DNA of 45,799 nucleotides from an uncultured Clostridia bacterium (GTDB taxonomy: Bacteria > Bacillota > Clostridia > CALYAR01). Made by a program: the position numbers and the translations under genes. The notes beneath the pieces are model-generated. The model made no database searches. It was given only the letters and a program-made list of their open reading frames with translations, and was not told the origin of the DNA. Numbering within the stretch: the stretch's first letter is position 1; every line of letters starts with the position of its first letter. Shown piece after piece: positions 42,901-45,799 of the stretch. Where the stretch lies: positions 1-45,799 of the forward strand of contig CALYAR010000146.1 of the NCBI GenBank assembly GCA_944393585.1, in the 5' to 3' direction.

Positions 42901-45799
42901 TCCGATTGATGTCCGACACGGTCGACAACATACAGGGAAATCGTTCCTGTGTATCCTCCGCTTCCCGCGGGGGCTGTAAACGTCATTCCGGCATAGATCT
43001 GCCCATCCAAAGGCCGAAGGGATCCGGTGTATTCCAATATGCCCATAGCAGTATTTTCCGGGCGCACACCGAACTCTGACTGTGAAAACTCTTCGATCTT
43101 AAAGAACCCATCATCATCGGTCAAAAGCCCATATCCTTCCAGAACCGCCCTGTACTCCGGATCATCATACCTGAGATACAGCTCCATATCCGACAGGTCC
43201 TCCTCAAATACGTCATCCATTACGGATATGCCCAGATCCGATCCGCCATGGCTTTCAATGGTGATAACCGGGTTTTCGGCATCGATCCTCTCGGCTTTGA
43301 CAGCGGTGTATCCGATAGCGCCGGCGCTGTTTACCGTATAGAACACTCTGTATTGTTCATCGCGTACGACCGCGTCGTCGCCCTCCGGAAAATCGGCGAT
43401 ATTCCCGTCAGGTGCGATCATTTTGACGGCGAGCTCCTCGCCCGCTCCGCCGCTTAATTCGGTGATGACCAACCGGCGTTCTGTCGCATAGCCGTCGTCC
43501 GCGCTCGGCGTAAATCCTACGGAAAGCTTCGGCGCCTCCTGTCTGGTGTCAAAAATAAGCGTATGGATATCGCTGAGTCCGCTGTACGGATTGACCGTCT
43601 GATAATATACGGTATTTATCGCATCGGCGACAAGATGCCTCTCGAAGTTAGCCACATACGTCAACCATTCCGCGCCGTCTTTTGTTTCTCCGTTGTCCTC
43701 GTTCCAAATACGGATCCTTTGCTCATAATCAAGACCGGCAAAATCAAGCGTGATAGTCGTCCTGTCCGTCAATGCAATGTCGATCGCTTTCGCCACCCCC
43801 AGATCCTGCGCTGTCTCCTGTGCGGAATCGAATTTCTGCTCATGCAAGACAGATACCTGTTCCGTTCCGCCATTATTATCCGGTACCTCTATATATGTGT
43901 TCTTAGTAAGTTTCTGTAAATACGCCTCGTCTTGCTGTGCGTTATTATAGCAGGCAAATATCTCGTCGCTTGTTGTGTAGAGTCCGTAACTGTATACACT
44001 GTCCCATTTCACAAACGTCTGAATATAGAATTCCAGATTTGTCCTGTCCTCCGTAAAGAAATCTTCATTCAGGCTTTCGGGAAGAACGATGTATTGTTCT
44101 TCTTCCGTCAACGACAGCGGAATCTCGAAGATAGGGTTATCGTTATTCGCTATATTGTCTGTGGCATACCCCAGCTTTAATACGACTCTCTCATAATCGG
44201 TCCACGCAAGGCCGTTTATTTCCGGAAGAGAAAGCCTTACTCGGATCGATTTTCCGTCAAGGCTCGTATTATATGTCGTCAAGCCATCCTCGCCGTATTC
44301 GGGCATTTGCCAGACGCCGCCGGTCGGGTCCAGCTCCCAGTCTACAGGCTCGAAATCGAACCCCGGCGCCAGAAGTACGCCTTGCACGGCATCAGAAAGT
44401 CCTCCCATACGGATGGTGTCCTCCGTTATGGAAATCGGTACGGGAACCGGAAGCGGACCGTTGGTTGTAAAATCCTCAATCGTCAAACCATTCCCGGAAA
44501 TCAATACATACGAAACGTCTCCGAAATACTCTCCGGTTGTTGTCAGATCCCGAATGAAATCGACGCTGCCCTCTGCCGGCGTAAGCAGGATTTGCTTTTG
44601 TGGATCAGTATTCTCGCTTCTTATATAATATGACCACTGCACATTCTCATCGGTAAGCATATTTTGCTGATCATCGGGGATATAATATTGGTCTACGATT
44701 GCTACTGCATAGCCATTCTCATTCGAATACGTATCCTTTATCATTAGGATCGTTTTCGCATTCGATGTGAAGTCCTCGATAACCCTATTAAAAATAATAT
44801 TCGGTGCGTATCCGTTTTCATTCTCGGTTGTTGCACGTTCTACTATATGGAAACTCGTGAGATTATACATAAACGGAAACGTGACCTGGCTTTCATTGCC
44901 GAAATTGTCTTCGACCGTATATGTAATAGTATAGTCCACTATCTCTCCCGCGTCCACGGCTTTCATCACAAATGTGATCGTGTTCGTCTTTCCGTCTTCC
45001 CCCGGAGTATAGATGATATCGACATTCTCATGAGAGCCCGGTCCCACATCGGTGAATGAGCCGTCGCTCGCCGATGCCTTGAATGTGTCAAAATTGATTC
45101 CGTTCTCATCCTCAAGCGTTATGCTGCATGAAAGATCATATGTGTTTGGCGTGTTTGCATTTGGCGCGATCGTCACACGGCTTGCATTGCCAAAGGTCGG
45201 ATTTGTCATATCAAGGGTATACGCCACCTGTTCCGATACAACAGTTCGGTTCCCGGCGACATCCTCCGCCATCACGTGTATGGTGGGACCTGTAATCTCA
45301 ATATCGCCTATTTTTATATAGATGTAAGTGTCGCCGCCGCTGTATAAATCAAAATAGTACGCACTGGCATCCGGCAGGTCTGTTCGGAACTGCTCGGTTG
45401 CGGGTATCCATTTATCTTCCAACTCGGCTTCAGTCATAACGGTATTGGATATGTAATACGAAAAGTATTGTTTTTCATAATATGCTTGCTCACCGCCGGA
45501 CACATAATAGTAGCTGCTGGGAAAACCGGTTAGATAGAAATATCCGCGCATCGTATCGATGCCGCTGGCGGCCACATTGCCGTTGCCGTCATCATCCGCT
45601 ATATTCAGCGGCACGCAGAAAATAGCGTCGTCATCAAAATTTGGTATCGGTTCAATCCGATCGATCGCGGGTCCCAATGTATCCAGCGCAAAATCTTGGT
45701 TGGCAAATATCCCTTCCTCTTTCAGATTGTGCACTCCGCACGGGTTTTTTGCGGAATCCAAAACATTGGAGCCGTCAATAGAAACAGGCGTTATCTTTC
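39945..45799 (-). CDS. Giant (over 1950 aa) Ig-like-repeat protein, N-terminus outside the window; function unknown
   Basis: The ORF track begins at a TTG (45761), but the frame is open to the window edge (upstream codons read ...KITPVSIDGSNV). It has many beta-sandwich modules ending in the D-x-x-G-N motif: AEDVAGN, VEDNFGN, VSDKCGN, FTDNVGN, VTDEAGN and AADEAGN. I saw no SLH, LPXTG or TM segment at the C-terminus. The stop lies 31 nt before the next gene. Confidence 0.8.
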   Translation of the reverse strand, partial: KITPVSIDGSNVLDSAKNPCGVHNLKEEGIFANQDFALDTLGPAIDRIEPIPNFDDDAIFCVPLNIADDDGNGNVAASGIDTMRGYFYLTGFPSSYYYVSGGEQAYYEKQYFSYYISNTVMTEAELEDKWIPATEQFRTDLPDASAYYFDLYSGGDTYIYIKIGDIEITGPTIHVMAEDVAGNRTVVSEQVAYTLDMTNPTFGNASRVTIAPNANTPNTYDLSCSITLEDENGINFDTFKASASDGSFTDVGPGSHENVDIIYTPGEDGKTNTITFVMKAVDAGEIVDYTITYTVEDNFGNESQVTFPFMYNLTSFHIVERATTENENGYAPNIIFNRVIEDFTSNAKTILMIKDTYSNENGYAVAIVDQYYIPDDQQNMLTDENVQWSYYIRSENTDPQKQILLTPAEGSVDFIRDLTTTGEYFGDVSYVLISGNGLTIEDFTTNGPLPVPVPISITEDTIRMGGLSDAVQGVLLAPGFDFEPVDWELDPTGGVWQMPEYGEDGLTTYNTSLDGKSIRVRLSLPEINGLAWTDYERVVLKLGYATDNIANNDNPIFEIPLSLTEEEQYIVLPESLNEDFFTEDRTNLEFYIQTFVKWDSVYSYGLYTTSDEIFACYNNAQQDEAYLQKLTKNTYIEVPDNNGGTEQVSVLHEQKFDSAQETAQDLGVAKAIDIALTDRTTITLDFAGLDYEQRIRIWNEDNGETKDGAEWLTYVANFERHLVADAINTVYYQTVNPYSGLSDIHTLIFDTRQEAPKLSVGFTPSADDGYATERRLVITELSGGAGEELAVKMIAPDGNIADFPEGDDAVVRDEQYRVFYTVNSAGAIGYTAVKAERIDAENPVITIESHGGSDLGISVMDDVFEEDLSDMELYLRYDDPEYRAVLEGYGLLTDDDGFFKIEEFSQSEFGVRPENTAMGILEYTGSLRPLDGQIYAGMTFTAPAGSGGYTGTISLYVVDRVGHQSDIVTTGAMNIPEIQFTENEFQYDRDNHPFGPEGNIVSPYYSVSLENPAEVTEPKLTDRGIRGEIDTENTFREFSEAMPVYKDGEYTLTVKDHFGDEHEVTYTVPPEAFDGDRLDVYAVNAKDGDKDIVNVSIKSLDGNSFKVELPNDDDYNMEAMGGYVIDSSMKAGEATVWQSDGSAGAFGEFYTDVTLKVTKNGTFKVLVQNNEGLLTEYLVNVYINKEIAELETQWSFPNGLFEDENGQKYTYDYATFVVNTVDPERSLLGESSFKFTYNDPVGTTKTFTVTDDYGFMQECTAELGVEIRKSEQVYQTLPDMEVSIYAQRNNTSVIIGSIGEEESERYKDLINEYGGAAKYSITTSTLSPNNVKTVLLPYGEDTAGITYETAQNADVEGVEVVGDIIYINSEDAEFSLVMVDENNLQSKRFDFDGGFIIDFTPPVISNVKKTVKGYSVEIELTVTDDVSRFDELTVLGPSGVTRGGNDTFLYTAAQNGNVVFTVSDKCGNVTTKVVSIAEIDDTKPVARLVAYSPSSDTSQVVLPEFANRDIEAFITFNKNIRDLNLEILKDGAYTAAAEEDGVSISKNTESSAIVTFTKGASVRVQYKALNGQSGTPLEINVPDGIIDKSVPDITTEVIYNKRDGASKPISATIRAYADNKTIFYGRGAYTKEDPFEETVYENSIYEYSFTDNVGNVVEVNFDVNEIDAKKLEVYAYDIPEQITPSGAEFKLSVNKPATVSLDDGLTTSDSLKVTEPDGSILALTAQSAGFYTITVTDEAGNRENCFVSIAVGDSMPPVIMADSDYVYVRQGSDIASVDDGMLTSGLFVSDDKSSAENITLTVDRSGLPADLNTIGNYAYTVTAADEAGNTADIIRYLSVYSKNATTVEVDDIFTKHTGVVTTSKGEHTISVSLPDDSVLGTAFEPYQVYCAKGFYTAGQMKPWMQPMTAAGIKNGVNDEYRYNFEQEGWYTIYVVRQNKEVFLAHLLIQE

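Noticed and set aside
42294-43079. 261-aa plus-strand ORF inside the giant Ig-array gene
   Set aside because: It is antisense to a very long, motif-bearing coding frame. The translation is Arg/His/Ile-rich and low complexity, with no RBS and no recognisable domain. The other plus-strand ORFs between 32155 and 45321 were rejected for the same reasons.
1-45799. CRISPR arrays, rRNA or tRNA genes, intact prophage or defence-system genes
   Set aside because: I saw no regularly spaced direct repeats and no cloverleaf-type or rRNA-like sequences. I recognised no nuclease, helicase, methylase or reverse-transcriptase ORFs. This was visual inspection only, so short or degenerate elements could have been missed.
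33395-45799. Diversity-generating retroelement or cassette-type variation in the giant genes
   Set aside because: There is no reverse transcriptase in the window. I noticed no long nucleotide-level repeats between or within the two genes. The repeated modules are similar only at the protein-motif level. A dot-plot would be needed to exclude this fully.

Overview
This 45.8-kb window looks like chromosome from a Clostridia-type anaerobe. That guess rests on an rnfCDGEAB operon, SLH-anchored surface proteins and Gram-positive style promoters and ribosome-binding sites (RBS). All calls come from reading the supplied translations, my own hand translation and motif recognition. No database or HMM search was run.

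The left ~31 kb is ordinary core genome:
- A blaI-blaR1-type module whose M56 sensor protease is fused to a DUF4825-like domain. It runs off the left edge and is missing from the ORF track.
- DUF1385-prmC, then tmRNA (ssrA).
- A MarR regulator with a minimal two-gene SufC/SufBD Fe-S system.
- A TepA-like ClpP homologue and a small transaldolase.
- One seven-gene phosphate block, pstSCAB plus response regulator, histidine kinase and phoU.
- rnfCDGEAB.
- A GH130 phosphorylase, a HAD hydrolase and an AraC regulator.
- A decayed P-loop kinase gene, then gltX and a divergent metG.
- An atypical kinase-fold protein.

The right ~14 kb (31978 to the window end) is the accessory part and the best candidate for something undescribed. 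A degraded IS1182-family transposase sits at its boundary. Beyond it lies a tightly packed minus-strand operon of three genes. The first encodes a protein of more than 1950 aa built from Ig-like modules, with no recognisable anchor and its N-terminus outside the window. The second encodes a 2172-aa secreted protein with unassignable N-terminal and central modules and three C-terminal SLH repeats. The third encodes a subtilase with no prodomain that is itself SLH-anchored. I could not match this set to a named system.

I saw no CRISPR array, rRNA, tRNA or intact mobile element.
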